In this document: positions 39,501 through 53,165 of the stretch, in pieces
Numbering within the stretch: position 1 is the first letter of the stretch
Layout: each line of letters opens with the position of its first letter
Assembly: GCA_973851085.1 (NCBI GenBank)
Contig: OZ316775.1
Span: forward strand, 21,700,001 to 21,764,000
Direction: 5' to 3'
Length of the DNA stretch: 64,000 nt
Origin: Ptychomitrium polyphyllum
Taxonomy: Eukaryota
The notes under the pieces: model-generated
Databases searched by the model: none
Told to the model about the DNA's origin: nothing
Seen by the model: only the letters and a program-made list of their open reading frames with translations
Translations under genes and position numbers: made by a program

Positions 39501-40453
39501 ACACAAATTGTTCCTTTTCTTGAGAAAAAACGTCTTTAGTGAAAATGAACTCCTATTTTATACGTGTCTATGTATTGCACTTTTGCATGCGTGGTTCAGC
39601 ATATTGATGTAGACCTTAAGCATAAAAACAAATTGATGTAAAAGCTTACCAGACTGAGAGAACTGCTGCAGGAACAACAATCCATTTTATGTCTTCGAAA
39701 GTTGGTACCAAAGCAGAGAGGACTATTTGGATGGCAGCAAAGACCGCAAACCAAACAAATATGTGAAATGGGTTACAATGCTCGACACTGTCGTGTATAC
39801 GGTTCATGGCCTCTCCAGCAGCAACCGTGTACAAAATATCAAAGCTGACCTCTACAAGCAACTGCATCGTTAGAATAATCCAAAAGGCCTTTCGCCCGGA
39901 GTCCTTTTCCTGGTCCGTTTTAGAACGATATGCTCTTTGCGCAAGCTTGTGATAGGTGATGTACCGTATACTTCTGTTCTGATCGTCAAACTCAAATTCA
40001 TGCAACTGAATCAACTGCTTCATTGTAAAGAAGGTCATGACTAATGCTAGGAGTAGAACGAGCAGTCCTGGAGCCCTGAACAACATGACAAGCAGAATCA
40101 GACAAGCGGGTGAGATGAGCCTGCAGAAGCTCAAGATCTCCACTCAAATATAGGACTACTACCTACGCATCACTGGACAAGGTCATCTCTTTGTCTAAAA
40201 ACGATTCACCAAATGTCTCACCAAACTTCTTTAATTTCAAGAGTTATAATTCCAACCATGTAAGGAACACCATAGCATGTGGAATGCTAAGCACCCCAAC
40301 CCCAACAATGGCTGTAACATTGTATGCCGCTGCTATCCACTTGTTGGATCGTCTCTTGAATTTCTCAACTGTGAAATCATCAACGTTTCGGTGACGGGGA
40401 GATCGGCGATCTGGTAATTCCAGATCAACATGGTCATTACCATAGCCCTGCAT
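36532..40453 (-). CDS. Amino acid transporter, AAAP family (LHT-like), about 505 aa, 7 coding exons
   Basis: Exons 40453-40257, 40075-39650, 39033-38589, 37761-37662, 37486-37395, 37237-37166, 36717-36532, with consistent phase. Motifs YNVTAIVGVGVLSIPHAM, CYSTIAW, IAFAYAAHNVVLEIQ..IPSTPE, GSYQIFAVPVF, LLGFFGGF..APTTFFLPCIIWL. An alternative start via an ATG-CAA mini-exon at 40547 is possible. Confidence 0.9.
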
Positions 40454-42048
40454 CACATTCAGCATTTTACAAGTAAGAGGAAGTCGAACATGCATGGTCT
40501 TCTTATTTCAAGGTAAACTTGGAAAAAGCTCCAGAAATCACTTGCATGGTATGTATTCTACTCAGAGGCATACACTGCATCACAGACTGGGTATTACAGC
40601 CACCAGCCCAAAGTCACTTGGTTCTCAACTTATTTCCTGATCTGCAAACACATACAAGTCTATCACGTACTAGATTCAACCATAGGAGCATATAAACCAA
40701 CTAAGTTCAAATGCCGACAGGAGAATACATTGGTGTCTCCAGGTGTGGAAGACCTCATCGCCAAGTATTGCTAGAAACTTCACTAATAGTCCACTTTTAG
40801 GATCCACGTTTCACCACTAGCACCCTGATGAAATTTGAAAATTGACAAGTCTCCTAGCACCAGCTAGCAAGTACACAATACTGCACACAATGTCATCTAC
40901 AACACTTGGGAATCACTCGAAAATGAGCAGCCAGGCTTGTGACTGATCGTCAGATTCAACAAGTTGTGGTTAGCATTTACATTGTTTTCTGAATTGTGCC
41001 AGGTGCCTGCTGAGTGAAGTACTTCAATAATGGCGTGGACTCCAAGCTTCCTGTCTGTACGACAGTAAAACTATTAAAAGTGTCTGCTCTGCCGACTTTT
41101 TCTTTAGAAAGTTTCTCAGGAAGTACTTTTCACGTGGGAATTACGAATATTAAGCTTACCGCTTCTTTAGAATAAAATAAAATAATGATAATATGTCTGT
41201 AGATGTCCCATAAAAACATATGTCTGTACAAATAAAATAAAAAACCCCTGAACAGCTCCAAGTCTGCAGTAGTGAGTTAGGACCCGGGCAAATGGTATCA
41301 TCGTTGATGACAGGCTGGTGACTTCTGGTCCCAAAACTTATGTCGGCTCCACCCGCTACAGTAATAAGTTCAAGAATGCCGCAACTACTTGAGCGTTGCT
41401 CATACGTTGTCGGTGCTCCTGAAACTAGGCTTTTACACGATGTGATAGTATGATAGCCTTGCATTCTCATTAAGTTCGTATTCTGATACCACATGATCTT
41501 TTCAATCAGTTTCAGCGTTCCCTTTGCAGAAGGACGTTGTGTTGGTCTTCGCTTAGGGCAAGAACTAGATCTGGGTGGTGCGATAACAATTTTGCTTTCA
41601 AGGAGATTCTTGGTCGGCCAGCATGCAACCAGGGTTTTACAGGTAACCGAGTGGAGGAAGGAAGGGGTTGGGGAGGCCAAGGTATCGTCAGGATGGAGGA
41701 AGAAGAAACACGCTCATACTCTTGGAGGTAGTCGTTGCGAGGCGGAAGTAGTACTGGATCTAGTTTGCTGCTAAGGGTGTTTGCGATGTCTTCGTCTAAA
41801 AATCTCCATGTAATATTCCAACCCTTTCATCAAAATTTCTTCTGCCATTTTGATCGACAGACAGAATGACTCGCATCGCCTTCGTTGGGTGTCGCCATCT
41901 TATTTTGATCGAACATGTGTAATCTTCAAGGTGGTAGATTTCGTTCTTCATTGGTGCATGCGAGCTATTTTGTGGCGAGACTGAACAAAGGGTTTATACT
42001 CGTACATATGAACCGATAGGAAAGATAGGATTGTCGAAGGCATCAAAC

Positions 42049-45000
42049 ATGTCAGACTACCTAAAGGAGGTCCACGCTCTGGGCGCTGTAACACTGCAGA
42101 TATTGGAAGGACAGGAGTTCGTACTCCACAAAAGGAAATGTTCATGCTTGTTAAAGAAATTACGGGAGACGTTTGACTTTCTGGCGCAAATGGTAGAATC
42201 CTGTCAAGACAAAGAGAGAGTACGGGTACAGTATAGCGAAGTGTTTAAAGAACTTTACCTCGTGGTACAAAATGTGAAAATTTTTGTAGACGATTGTTGT
42301 TACCACAATGTCAACGATTTTGTCTTAGCAGCCATCAAAGTGGCCGCCCACAAGGAAAGATTTTATCAGTACCATGTGAAGCTGGACTGGTGCATCCTTT
42401 TGATAGGGCACCTTAGTGATGACAAATTTTACGGAAACCGAGTGGACTACCAAAACGTGCTTCAAGAATTTGGCTGGGAGAACTTAAGAGGTAGTCTAGA
42501 CTCCTCAATGATAGCGGCTGATGAAGAGGACTTGAAGGATCTGTTACAATTTTGGATTGCAAAACCAGGGCAACACCAAGCAATCTGCAGGGTTCCTCTA
42601 CGCCGTTTCAAAGCACCCGTGCCAGATCGTAACCTTGAAGTTCCAGAGCCTATTAAAAGAAGACTTAGAGAGCGCTATCTTATTGACAAGGGTGGGTTTG
42701 GAAGGGTTTACAGCGTCAATTGGAGGGGGCAAAAATTCGCCGTCAAAGTTTTTCAAATTCTCAATGCCGAAAAGAGTGACACGGAAGTAAAGATTCTCGG
42801 AGATTGCTGTCATCCACATATTGTGAATTTAATTCTGGATCACAAAAAGGACAAACATCAATATATTATGATGGAACGGCTGCCCATGCATTTGCAATCA
42901 TATATAGACGAAAGGAAAAAAGAGAACAAGCCTTTCTATCCTCTGGAAGTTGTGGATATGACCTCTCAGATATGTGAGGGCATGATATACCTGAACGACC
43001 CAGGTAGGGAGGTGTCGCACAGAGATCTGAAACCGAGCAATATACTTGTGAAGCTTGTGAAGGAGAATCTGAACTTTAAAGAACTTCAATTGGCTGATTT
43101 TGGTTTAGCAAAGGAGCGTTCAAAAGGGTTGGGAAGGTCCTCTACTTCAGTCAACACTCCAAATGTTGGAACCACATTATATAGGGCACCAGAGATGACT
43201 GAGACTTCAGGCAAGAGGGGAATGATTCCGGAGTCATCCTTGAAGGCAGATATCTACTCCTTCGCGGTGACTTGCAGTTGCATCTTGACTGGTAGGGAGC
43301 CTTTGATTGAAGAGGTTAGACGTAACGAAAGGCCCGTCTTGCCTGAGAACTGTCCGCCAGCGTTGGCTTCTCTTCTTCAGCGGTGCTGGCATACAGATCC
43401 TACGCAAAGACCTGTCAATTTCTATGAAATTCGTACCGAGCTGAGAAAACTGAAGGCCACTCTTCTCAGTGAACTTCTCACAGGTCAGTCCGTTCAGAAC
43501 TCACTTGTTTAGGTATCACCGTGTCTCGATCCGTAGTCTTTGGCAAATAGTTCAATGAGCTCCTGCACTCTCTGAGATTGAAATTCTGAGATATGAAAGT
43601 GTATCTTCCAGTGTTTAGCCGCTTAATGAACTATATACTATTCCTGAAGTCAACAACTACCTTTGTTGAAGGTCAGTTCTTGAGTTTTATAAATACTGCC
43701 TGCTTACAAAATTTCTTCTGGTGTATGTGTTGTTGATGAAGCAGATCAACATCCAGGAACATCAGAAACGCCAGGAGCTCAACCAGTCAGAGTAGCTCCA
43801 CCAGTGGTTAGTGCTACTTTTCCTGGTGTCTTTGGCTTTCAGTACTATAACTTACATGACAGATTTTGAAATCACTTCAGTACTAGAGTGTAACCAGACT
43901 GAGCAGTCGGAAACACTTGCTTTTAGATTACTGCTCATTCTCTTCTTCCAGTTCATTGCTATGTTAATTGTAAATTTATAGCGCACGTTCACCCTTGTTT
44001 CTCCAACACTAAATCACCACTAGATTCAGATAAATTCAACTCAATACCTTATTTCTTCCAGTAGCTAAGTACGGTTAGCTAAATCGGGGGCTATATCTTT
44101 GAATATCTGTGACGCAGAACAATGGAGCAGTGACTTTCAAATCTGGGGATCGAAGAGTGAATGTCCTTGTTTTAGGAGATTCGGATTTAGTGCAAAAAGT
44201 CGTCAGTTGTATTTGTGGTGCTGCTAATAGGCACACTGAGTTCCAAGATCATGTTGACAGCTTGACAGAAAGCAGAAATTCTTGGCCGCCGATGTGCCTG
44301 TACGGCGATACGAAAGGGATCAATGGGAATAATTTTACGGATGTTAGGGCCTTTGTAAACGCCAGAAATGGAAGGTGGAATCGGAAAAATTTGGAGTCCT
44401 TGTGGATGAAACAATTACACCGTGACCTTGGAGAACGGCCTGCATTGTTCCCAGACAGTACTCTGAGGTTGCACGTAGTTTGGTTTGTATGCAGGAAAAT
44501 CAAAGAACTCCCTAATCGTTTCAAATGGCCTGAGATCTTGAAGAAGCTGGGTGGTCTCCCAGTGCGAATAATGGTGGTTGGAATGCAGAGGACTCAAGAT
44601 TTGGACATTAGCTACGACAAAATATTTGATTACCGAAGCCAGTACTTACCAAATACTCAAAAGCTGGAGGAGTCGTTTGTGAAGGAGCAATTAATTGTAA
44701 AGGTTGTCCTAACAGATGATGATCTGAAGGAAAAATTCTGGCGTGTTTGTTGGGCTGCCAAAACACAGGCTGAAATTGAATATGCAGCGAAAATGATCAA
44801 AGCGTTACGAAAGGAACTTGGACTGGCGGGAACCTCCTTTATTGTTGGTGTCGGAGGAGCTAGTATCACAAAGGAATTCTCGTTATCGCAGAGTGGGGAA
44901 TTCATCGTCAACTTTTTATCTACGTATTGGAATGTTCCACAAGATTCACTTCACGGCGTCCTCCAGGATAAAACAACATTTGAGAAGGCACCCAAATATG

Positions 45001-45341
45001 CAATCATCATCAGAAGTTGTGAATTCGTAAAGTTCTGCTTGCAAGTAGCTGCCATCATACTGTACAACGCCAGCGAAAATGGGTCTGAATTCAACTACAA
45101 TTGGGACTTTACTTCTGAATCAAGTTTTCAGTTACTGCAGGCTGAAGCACAAGAATGCTACGATCATTATTTTCCGGAAACAGTCGATCTCTCGTACTAT
45201 GACAAGATGGAATTCGAAGACATTCGAGAGTTCCTTCAGAGCATTTCTAAGAGAAGGCCACGTCCTTCGGTAAGTCCTGTTGATAGACCAAACTCGATCA
45301 GTTCATGGTTTGTGAATATATTCTCTAGGGGCAGATCATAG
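42049..45341 (+). CDS. Helical-bundle (MLKL-NTD/DUF1221-like) + TKL-type protein kinase + degenerate P-loop-GTPase-like domain, about 906 aa, 3 exons
   Basis: Exons 42049-43483, 43745-43806, 44118-45341 (phases 1 and 0, GT..AG). Kinase motifs DKGGFGRVY, AVK, HRDLKPSN, DFG, GTTLYRAPE, DIYSF. N-terminus HKRKCSCL..FKELY..VDDCC..AAI. C-terminus NVLVLGDSD..GDTKG..VRAFVNAR..RLHVVWFV..LPVRIMVV. The kinase call is firm; fusion to exon 3 is inferred from splice sites. Confidence 0.8.
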
Positions 45342-46299
45342 TGGGCATAAATTTGCCTGAACATAGAACGAATGGAGGGGCGGAACAGGTCATGATGCTT
45401 GTACTTTGTGCCCACTTTGCTCAATTGATGCTGTAGAAATTGGAAGGCCTCGTGGTCCTCTAGATTGTGTGATAGGCCAGTCACTTAGGCGACGTTTAAT
45501 TTCTCCTGCACATCTGCAGGTTGTACCTTATCCTGTGCAATGAAAGCTCTTCATTGAGCCAGAAATACAGAAGAAAAGCTCATCAAGCGCAAGCAGGCTT
45601 TCATGGCCAATTAAGTAAGTCAATTTAACCCTCCCACTACCTCAACTTTGTACTATAATTGCCACGAGCGCAAAGTAGCAATTAAGTTGTCCACAAAGTG
45701 TTTAATGTTAGTAAAGTTGAATGTCAGTGAAGATATTTGAAACTCTATACTTACCAGAGCTTTGCTTCGTGAATTCCTTCAGCCCCTTACTATATGATAA
45801 ATGACATCCAGAGACATACGAGCGTTTCTTCAGAATATTTCTTGAGAGAAAGGGGTAGGCACCCTGTCTTGTGGTAATTGTTGATAGAGATTTGATTAGT
45901 AGTGTTGCGTGGAGGAAAATCTTGCATGTAAGGAAGAAGCCGGACGGAGATTAAGTACTTTAGCATAGGCTTGCAAGAATTTTAACAAAAAAGTATGTGC
46001 ACGGTACAGCATTCTGTGTTCAATACAGTTAGCTACCTGAAGAGGGTGGAAGGTCTCTTAGTTCTCTAGTCCATTTGATGAGCCAGTCATCTACTACTAG
46101 TGGATGATTTCCTCGCAGCGCCGTTGAGGTTGTTGTTGTTGTTCAGCACGGCAAAAAAATTGGCGACAATCTATTGGAATCATGGCACACAGAGACCGCA
46201 GTGTACAGAATGTAAATGTAACTTGAAGCATTGGCTTTCAGATGATCTGAAAATGCTATTGTAAGAGAAATTTGTCAGCAATGCAATGCAAATTTTATG

Positions 46300-47120
46300 A
46301 TCACTTGTAGTTTGACGTTGATGACATGTATGTTATGAGATGTGGTTGAAGTACACTTGTATTCGAGAGTTGAAGGGATACATCTCATTAATTAAAGGCA
46401 GACATTTAATCTGGTCTAATTGCTGCCATATACAACTCTAGTAATATACAAAAATTGTTGCTAACAAAAATTGTTGTTAGTAACACCACCTCAAACCCTA
46501 AATAAGATAGTAACTCTCTCACCCACAAAACCTCCTTAGTAGCTTGAGCAACTCCAGTATATTCGGGTTCAGCAGTTGAGAGAGCGACAACAAATTGTTT
46601 CTTCGAACTCCAAGAGATAGCTACTACTCCAAGGAAAAACAGAAATACAGATGTCAACTTTCTGTCGTCCACATCACCAGCTCAGTCCTTGTCACTGTAG
46701 CCAACAGAAACAATCTCTTACACTTGCGATAGCATCCCTTGAAAGATCAATGAAAAATCTATCGTCCCTTTCACATTCCTAATCGACCTCTTAACCACCT
46801 GCCAATGTTAATGTCACGATCAGCCATGTATTTGCATAATACAGCAACGGGGAAAGCATTACCAAGCCTTGAGCATGCCATCATGCAAATGAGACTTCCC
46901 ACAACCTGTTATCCGGTATTTGCAGCATGTCGATTCTCTCTCAACAGATGGTGGACTCATGGCAATAGTAATCTTCGTATCTGCTTCGATCAATGTGGAT
47001 ACAGGTGACAGTTTTGGACTTGGAATCTCGGAAGCTGGACCATCACCAAACATACACAGACCATCAACACAAGGTTTGATGCCGGACCATGCCTTCTCAG
47101 GTGACACGTTGATCAATGGT
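46300..47120 (-). mobile_element. Ty1/copia retrotransposon pol remnant (RNase H/RT end plus post-integrase fragment), heavily deleted
   Basis: DDRKLTS..AISWSSKKQFVVALSTAEPEY..KEVLWVRELL is the copia RNase H signature. PEKAWSGIKPCVDGLCMFG resembles the post-integrase EAWxGxKPxVxxLRVFG motif. Stops and frameshifts are present; no LTRs seen. Confidence 0.85.
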
Positions 47121-48453
47121 TTTAACGGACTGAGTGTCCTCAGGAAAGTCGCATTTCACCATGTAAGTCAATAATAGTGACCGTGTAGGACGACCTCAGG
47201 AGTCCCAGATTCTAAAGTCTCTAAGTGACCATATCGATGATGCCAAAGATAATAGCTTGGACGTTGTTTCACTAAGTTAACTGAAATATGACTTGAAATC
47301 TAAGAGATACACTGGAGCTTAAACAAGTCCCTGAAACGGACTGTTGTAGCTACTAAAACGCCCTCTTTGTAGATCTTAATACAATCCTCACAAAAATATA
47401 CTATTAGATCCACAAGCTGCAGGGTAACGTGTAGGGTTACTTACACCACTTTCATGTGAGTTGCTGACAACACCTAGCAAACGTATGGTGGCCGACTCCT
47501 AATTTCTGGAGTCTAATTTTCCAGACTGAGAGCTCTCTTGGGTCTCCTTCTTGACAGCAAGCTTGAAGTATCTAAGAAGTGACCAAGATGTTGAAATGGC
47601 CATGATGAGAGATGAAGAGAAAAACCTTATTAAACAATACCAGAATACATTTTTTAATAGTAAGTATTTTGCTAAGGAAATAAGCTTACTGAGCAATAGT
47701 AATCTGGAATGACTATAAACTATCTGACACACTTATGAAAAGCGTCATCTCTCTAATAAATTGACCATAGCATGGATGTGTATGTAAATAAACTGATGTA
47801 ATCTAGCAGATGGAGTTTACTCTCAATAGTGGCGACAACATTGACAATAATAAAATTTCAAAATAGCAAGATACAGCTTCCAGCAGGCATGTTAGTTGCA
47901 CCCTCTCTTTACCTCAACTTTTCACTCTACTTGCCAAGACCAGTACTCAGTAGCAAGTTGTCCCTACAATGTTTCAATGTCAGCAGCGTTGAGGAAGTAC
48001 AACTAAACTAAACCTCAGAAATTGTAAGATGAGACATATACAGCTGTAGGATATGTGATAGCATCTAAACGAATACTAGCGTCTCATTTATGTTTGTTTA
48101 GAATGTTAACAAGCAGTCTCTGTTTTCACTCTCAAGTACCTGCTTCAAGTTATATGCAACTCCAACACACCATGAGCAACTTGAGAATTCCTACTCCCAG
48201 CACGACCTGAAGAGAGAACCATCCCAAGTACGAGCGATGCTTGAGGATAATGAGCAACGACACCATAGCTAGAGGCTCTTTACTGAGTGATCATCACCAA
48301 CCAGCAACAAGATCTATCTGTCAATTGCCGAATATTTCCATAACCCAGTACGGATATCCTTTAAGGAGGTTTCGTAATCAACGAAAAAGGTTGGTATTTT
48401 ACAAGACTGTTGCATGGAAAATCAAGGATCTTTTGTCTCCTGACTACAATGGT

Positions 48454-50413
48454 TTAAGGTATGCCAAAGTTGGTGGCAGCGAGCTTCAGCAGGGGCTTGA
48501 TAGCCCCCGGACTGAATTTTCGAGCGAACATATAGCAAGTCCCCGTTACCTTGCCGTTGTATGTGCAGTTGCTACCTGTTGTGATGTTCTTCAGTAACTC
48601 CTCTGTGATCTCATCCGGCTTCCATTCCTTGGGATGAGCGGTGTGAAGGTGGAAGTCTACGTAAGTTATTGTTCGATTCGCAAGCTTCGGAGCTGCAAGA
48701 ATTGTAAGCACCGTGGGAAGGTAATGCTCTTCAGTGTAGCAGATGCTATCATTCATGCACAAGAGGTTTTGGAACTTGGGCAGGTACGTGCGATCGGCGA
48801 CAACCATTAGCGCCAAGGCACGGGACATCTCGAACCATTGGCCGCCCTTACGCCATTGCGAGGGGCTTACTTCTGGGTTCAGCTTCTCCCAGTGCTTAAT
48901 GCGGTTGTATCTTCCCAGTCCTCCTCTTCCTGGGTCTTTGAACACCTCCAAGAAGCTGTGCTCTGATTCCATAAAGTAGTTATACGCCACTGAGAATGGA
49001 GTGATCGGAATGCACGACTCCGAAAGATGTACGAAGCGCTCGTTGGCAGCGTCCAGAAGCGCGTTCGCTAGAAGGCGCCGTTCAGCTTGGAACATTGTGA
49101 ACCTTCCCCAATGGACCTCCTGCAGGCCATTCATTTACGACCGCAACTATCAGCCTTACGATTCCAAGCACAAACCCCAACTCTGAAACGTCAACCAATC
49201 AGCCACGGTCCGCATTTACGAGATCTTGAACTCATAGCAAGGTTCGTTTCAATAAGTTTTATTCATTTATCAACAGCGATGCCTCTTTCCAAAATTCAAA
49301 ACAACAGTTCGTTAATCCACCTAACACAAGAAGGTCATGTGAGCGAAACAGAGAAAATTCAGGAGTGGTGAAGCTAAAGCATGCCTACCTCTAGACAGAG
49401 ACCAACATTCATAGAATGACAATCATCTCAACAAATATCTTTTTGTGCATGAGCTTAACAATTGAGAATTTATCGCAAACTGAATGGTAGCCTCAGTTGA
49501 CAATGCTATCGCCACAATCCTTATGTACTTTCGCACCGCTCGGCAAAACCTCACGGCGCTTACATTACCTTGTAACCTGAGATGCTCCAATTGTTGAAGA
49601 TAGAAGAAATTTCTGAAATAACCAGCATGGTCAGACATAGCCACTCTCCCAAGATTCCCTAAGCAGCTGTACCGTGCATTGACTTGTAAAACAGACTGCA
49701 TAGAATACAACTATTGCATTGACGACTACCTTACTGGGGATGCTGCGCCAATAGAAAACAGATTCCGGGGGGAATTTGGGACGGTAGTCAGGGTGTCCAT
49801 GTAGGTAAATGGAGTAGAGACTGGCGTGTCCTTTGAAGTAGCGCTCCCACAATGGCCCTAGAGGCATCGGTCCTCGAGTGAGAAACAAGAACGCCACCTT
49901 CGGAGTGACAGAGGCAGGGCGAGGGCGGCTTAGTGTACTCCTTGATGCACGCCACAGCAGCTCCTCTTCAGTCATGTTGTGATACACATCCGACAGAGTG
50001 GACAGGTCCACAGGGTCGGCCATCAGCTTTGACGGTGCTGCAGCACCACTGGTATTGGTGAAGACAAGAGACGAATCTGCGCCTGTCGATGCCAATGACT
50101 GACTTCTCAAACTATGCACTTCTTCCAGATGCAGAGACAAGGATCTGGTTAAAGTCGAGAAAAGCCCACTTTCGGGATTACTGAGGTATCCAACCACATT
50201 CAAAGTGGTGACAACGCAGAGAATAGTACCGACTCCCAGGAGTACACAGAAGAATATAAGACTGCTTATCCGAGAGTGCCCTTTCATCGACAACCTGTTG
50301 GAACGTGAAGGTGCGACACGGACGACTCCTTTGCTGGCAACTCCGCCGTGGCTCTTCAAAGAAGAATCTACTCTCGCCAACCATTTGGGAAGCAAGTCTG
50401 AAGCTATAGACAT
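48454..50413 (-). CDS. DUF266 / GT14-like (BC10-like, core-2/I-branching family) glycosyltransferase, 2 exons
   Basis: Exons 50413-49730 and 49119-48454 (phase 0). Type-II TM segment, MTEEELLWRAS, KVAFLFLTRGPMPL.PLWERYF, IPSKEVHWG, AERRLLANALLD, LSESCIP, WRKGGQWF, CYTEEHYLPT, FARKF. The start may instead be the ATG at 50287. Confidence 0.93.
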
Positions 50414-52440
50414 GATTTTCTTCCAAATTAGCAGCTCCGTATCCTTCACCCTTCTAAGTAAACTGGTCACAGTTGAACCTCTCCATCTAACCGACTATCT
50501 ACTCTGGAATCATCAGCAGATGCTACACATTTCAAACTAGTATGGTGATCTAGTACGCTAACATGTGAATCTGCAAGCAGGCGCTATCAGCAGAAGAATC
50601 GAGAAGCGCAGATACTGAGAGTAGGGGATGAAGATAGAACTGATTTCTGAAGTCATGGCCAGAAAGGGTGCCCTGCAGACTCCCTGTGTAAGACATTTTC
50701 CCTTCGAAAATCTTTTTGTGAACCCTCCTAAAGAGGGGAAGCGCACCCTCGTTATGCAAAATAGTCTGGATGCCTTAAATCCCGGCGAAACAAAAACATA
50801 TGATTCTTTTTAATTGCTTAATTTTCCTTGTGAAGTTGCAATGTGAGAGGGAAGTTCCAATTATTCCTACTGTGAAACCACTCCCAGCCTAGTGTAAAAT
50901 TACTGCTTTATGTAACAGCCCCTTGTTCCTCCTGAGAACAGCTTTAAAGGCACCCTGTAAACGAAAAACACGAACAGTAATGCTTGGGAATTACGGTAAT
51001 TATGGCCTTGGATCTTGAATACTTGAATTTCTTACTTTGCTTCTTAAATTTCTTCATATTTTTAATTGTTTAAAGTTACTCAAATAGAGAATCACATTTG
51101 TTCTATTGCAGGAGGGTTATTATTACCATGCTCTAATTGCAGCTAGAACGTGGTCATGAGAATTAGAAAACTTCTAGATGTTAGTTTATGATTTATATAT
51201 AGTATATACTTTGTTGGTGCTAAAGTTTGCCATTGCTCACCAGTCCATGCGTTTACAAGTTCATAGGTGTGGAGCCCATGCCGCACTGGGTGCAAGCTTG
51301 CCTTCAACAATTCACAGTGACTTGCATGCATTGCTTGGCTTCGCCCTCCGGCTGCGAAGGAGGTTCTCTATTTCTGTCGAGAAAATAACTATAAACAATT
51401 GCGCACTGAAATATTCGACGGGATTTAGATCTTAATAGCACGTTCACATACAGAACGACTGAAATATCTTTAGTGCGCCTTCTTTCTTCTTGTTTCTGAA
51501 TATTTTTCAGTCTCATTGGACACAAATAGCATGAGTAGACTATCACACGCTCTATGTTCCCTTGTTTTCATGACAACTTTCTCATCGCCAATTGAGATGC
51601 ATGAGTGCGACTCAGGAGCCACACTGGGGTTGACTTTGCGATGCACTACGTTCAATGTGTGCTTGCTGTATATGTCCAATTAGATTCTGGAGTATCGATG
51701 CTGTACGTAAAATGGTGACATCGGCGGGTAAGCCAAGCTCAATTGGCATCCTGTACATCTTGGAGTGAGAGTTTACACCTAAATCGCTCCGGCGGTGAGT
51801 CTTTCTGGCGACTGTTGAAATAATTTTTAAACTTTTTTTAAAAAATTTGCTATAGGGGAGAGTTTTCTGTGATTCATATTAAATAAAAAACCACCTAAAA
51901 CACCAAAAAGTCTTTTTTTTTAGTTTAAAAATTTAAAAACAAAGAAAAAATTAGAATGATTAAATCTACCAGTAGCTGGCATGGTCACACTTGTAACCAT
52001 TTGTACATTGGATGCACAGAGTTTACAGACAGACTGAGGTGCTGGACACTGATTCTTCAAGTATCTCTGATGGATACTCTCCACCAGCCGTAGCTAGCAC
52101 CATTGCATGATCAGATATCCCCTCGACACAAACCATGACAGCGTGAGTTAAGTATGTTGAGTCATTCTGCATAATTCGCTCAGTATTGGGTGCACCCAGC
52201 ATGGTCAGAACTGTAGTGTTAGAGGGTTGATAGCATTACAAATTTTGACGTTGGAAAGTGACAATAGATACCAAAATATTTAAAAGGGGGAACTGAGAAC
52301 TGGCCCTCATCATGTAAATATTGCTTTTAAATTACATCGACTTTGTCTTGACTCGTTACTCCAGATTCCCGTTGCACTGTACCGATTCGAGGTTACTTTG
52401 GCATTGCAGAGCCCAACCTTGAGGTTGTATCAAAAGTTGT

Positions 52441-52490
52441 CCAAAGGTCCAAAGGAAGGTCCAAAGGAAGGTCCAAAGGAAGGTCCAAAG
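52441..52490. repeat. 12-bp tandem repeat CCAAAGGAAGGT x about 4
   Basis: Perfect copies at 52449, 52461, 52473, with partial flanking copies. Confidence 0.9.
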
Positions 52491-52930
52491 CAAGTGCAAA
52501 GAGGGCCAAAGGAAATGCAAAAGAAATACATCTCGTACTCCTTTGTCAAGCTTGTGGTGAACAAACTCCTTTCTAAGTTCCATAAATATATATTTGGACA
52601 TTAGATTTCCAAATTTAAATGGGCCCCACAAAGTCCCACTTGCTTAAATGTAGCAAATTTTAGATCCACCAAAACTAATAAATCATTGCACGCATCACTT
52701 GGAAGAAGACGTATTCTATATACATGCATATATTGAAGTTAAAATGTGAAACAATGATTGTCAACATCAACTACCATATAATCTTAACTCCATAATACAA
52801 AATGTTCTCACCCTTTATATATTATAGTCAAGATTATACATTTCACATCTATATTTACATAACTCTATATCAATTCTATAATTCTACATCACATAATATA
52901 AGGTCGGTAAAGGATTTTAGAGAGCTTGTG

Positions 52931-53165
52931 CCTTTGGCCACAACCTTCTTATATACTAAATTCATGAAGGTTTTTTAACACTATTTCTATTATTCTATTA
53001 TATTTATAATCAAAAGTCAATGAAACTTATCTTAAGACTTATTACTAGGTGAACTTTAGTCTCATCCCCTATCATGAGCATGTACCTTTGGCCACAACCT
53101 TTTTATATGACAACTTTTGTAATACTATTTTCAATGTTCTATTATACTTCTAATCAAAAGTCAAT
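52931..53165. repeat. Diverged direct repeat (period about 154 bp) in an AT-rich block
   Basis: CCTTTGGCCACAACCTT at 52931 and 53085, each followed later by TTCTATTATA..TAATCAAAAGTCAAT. Confidence 0.7.

Noticed and set aside
41156..41774. 174-aa minus-strand and 93-aa plus-strand ORFs between the LHT-like and kinase genes
   Set aside because: No domain features; this is probably promoter or 5'UTR sequence of the divergent gene pair.
52441..52490. 12-bp repeat (also the 18-bp and 35-bp repeats) as a CRISPR-like array
   Set aside because: Head-to-tail copies without unique spacers, no cas genes, and a eukaryotic context.
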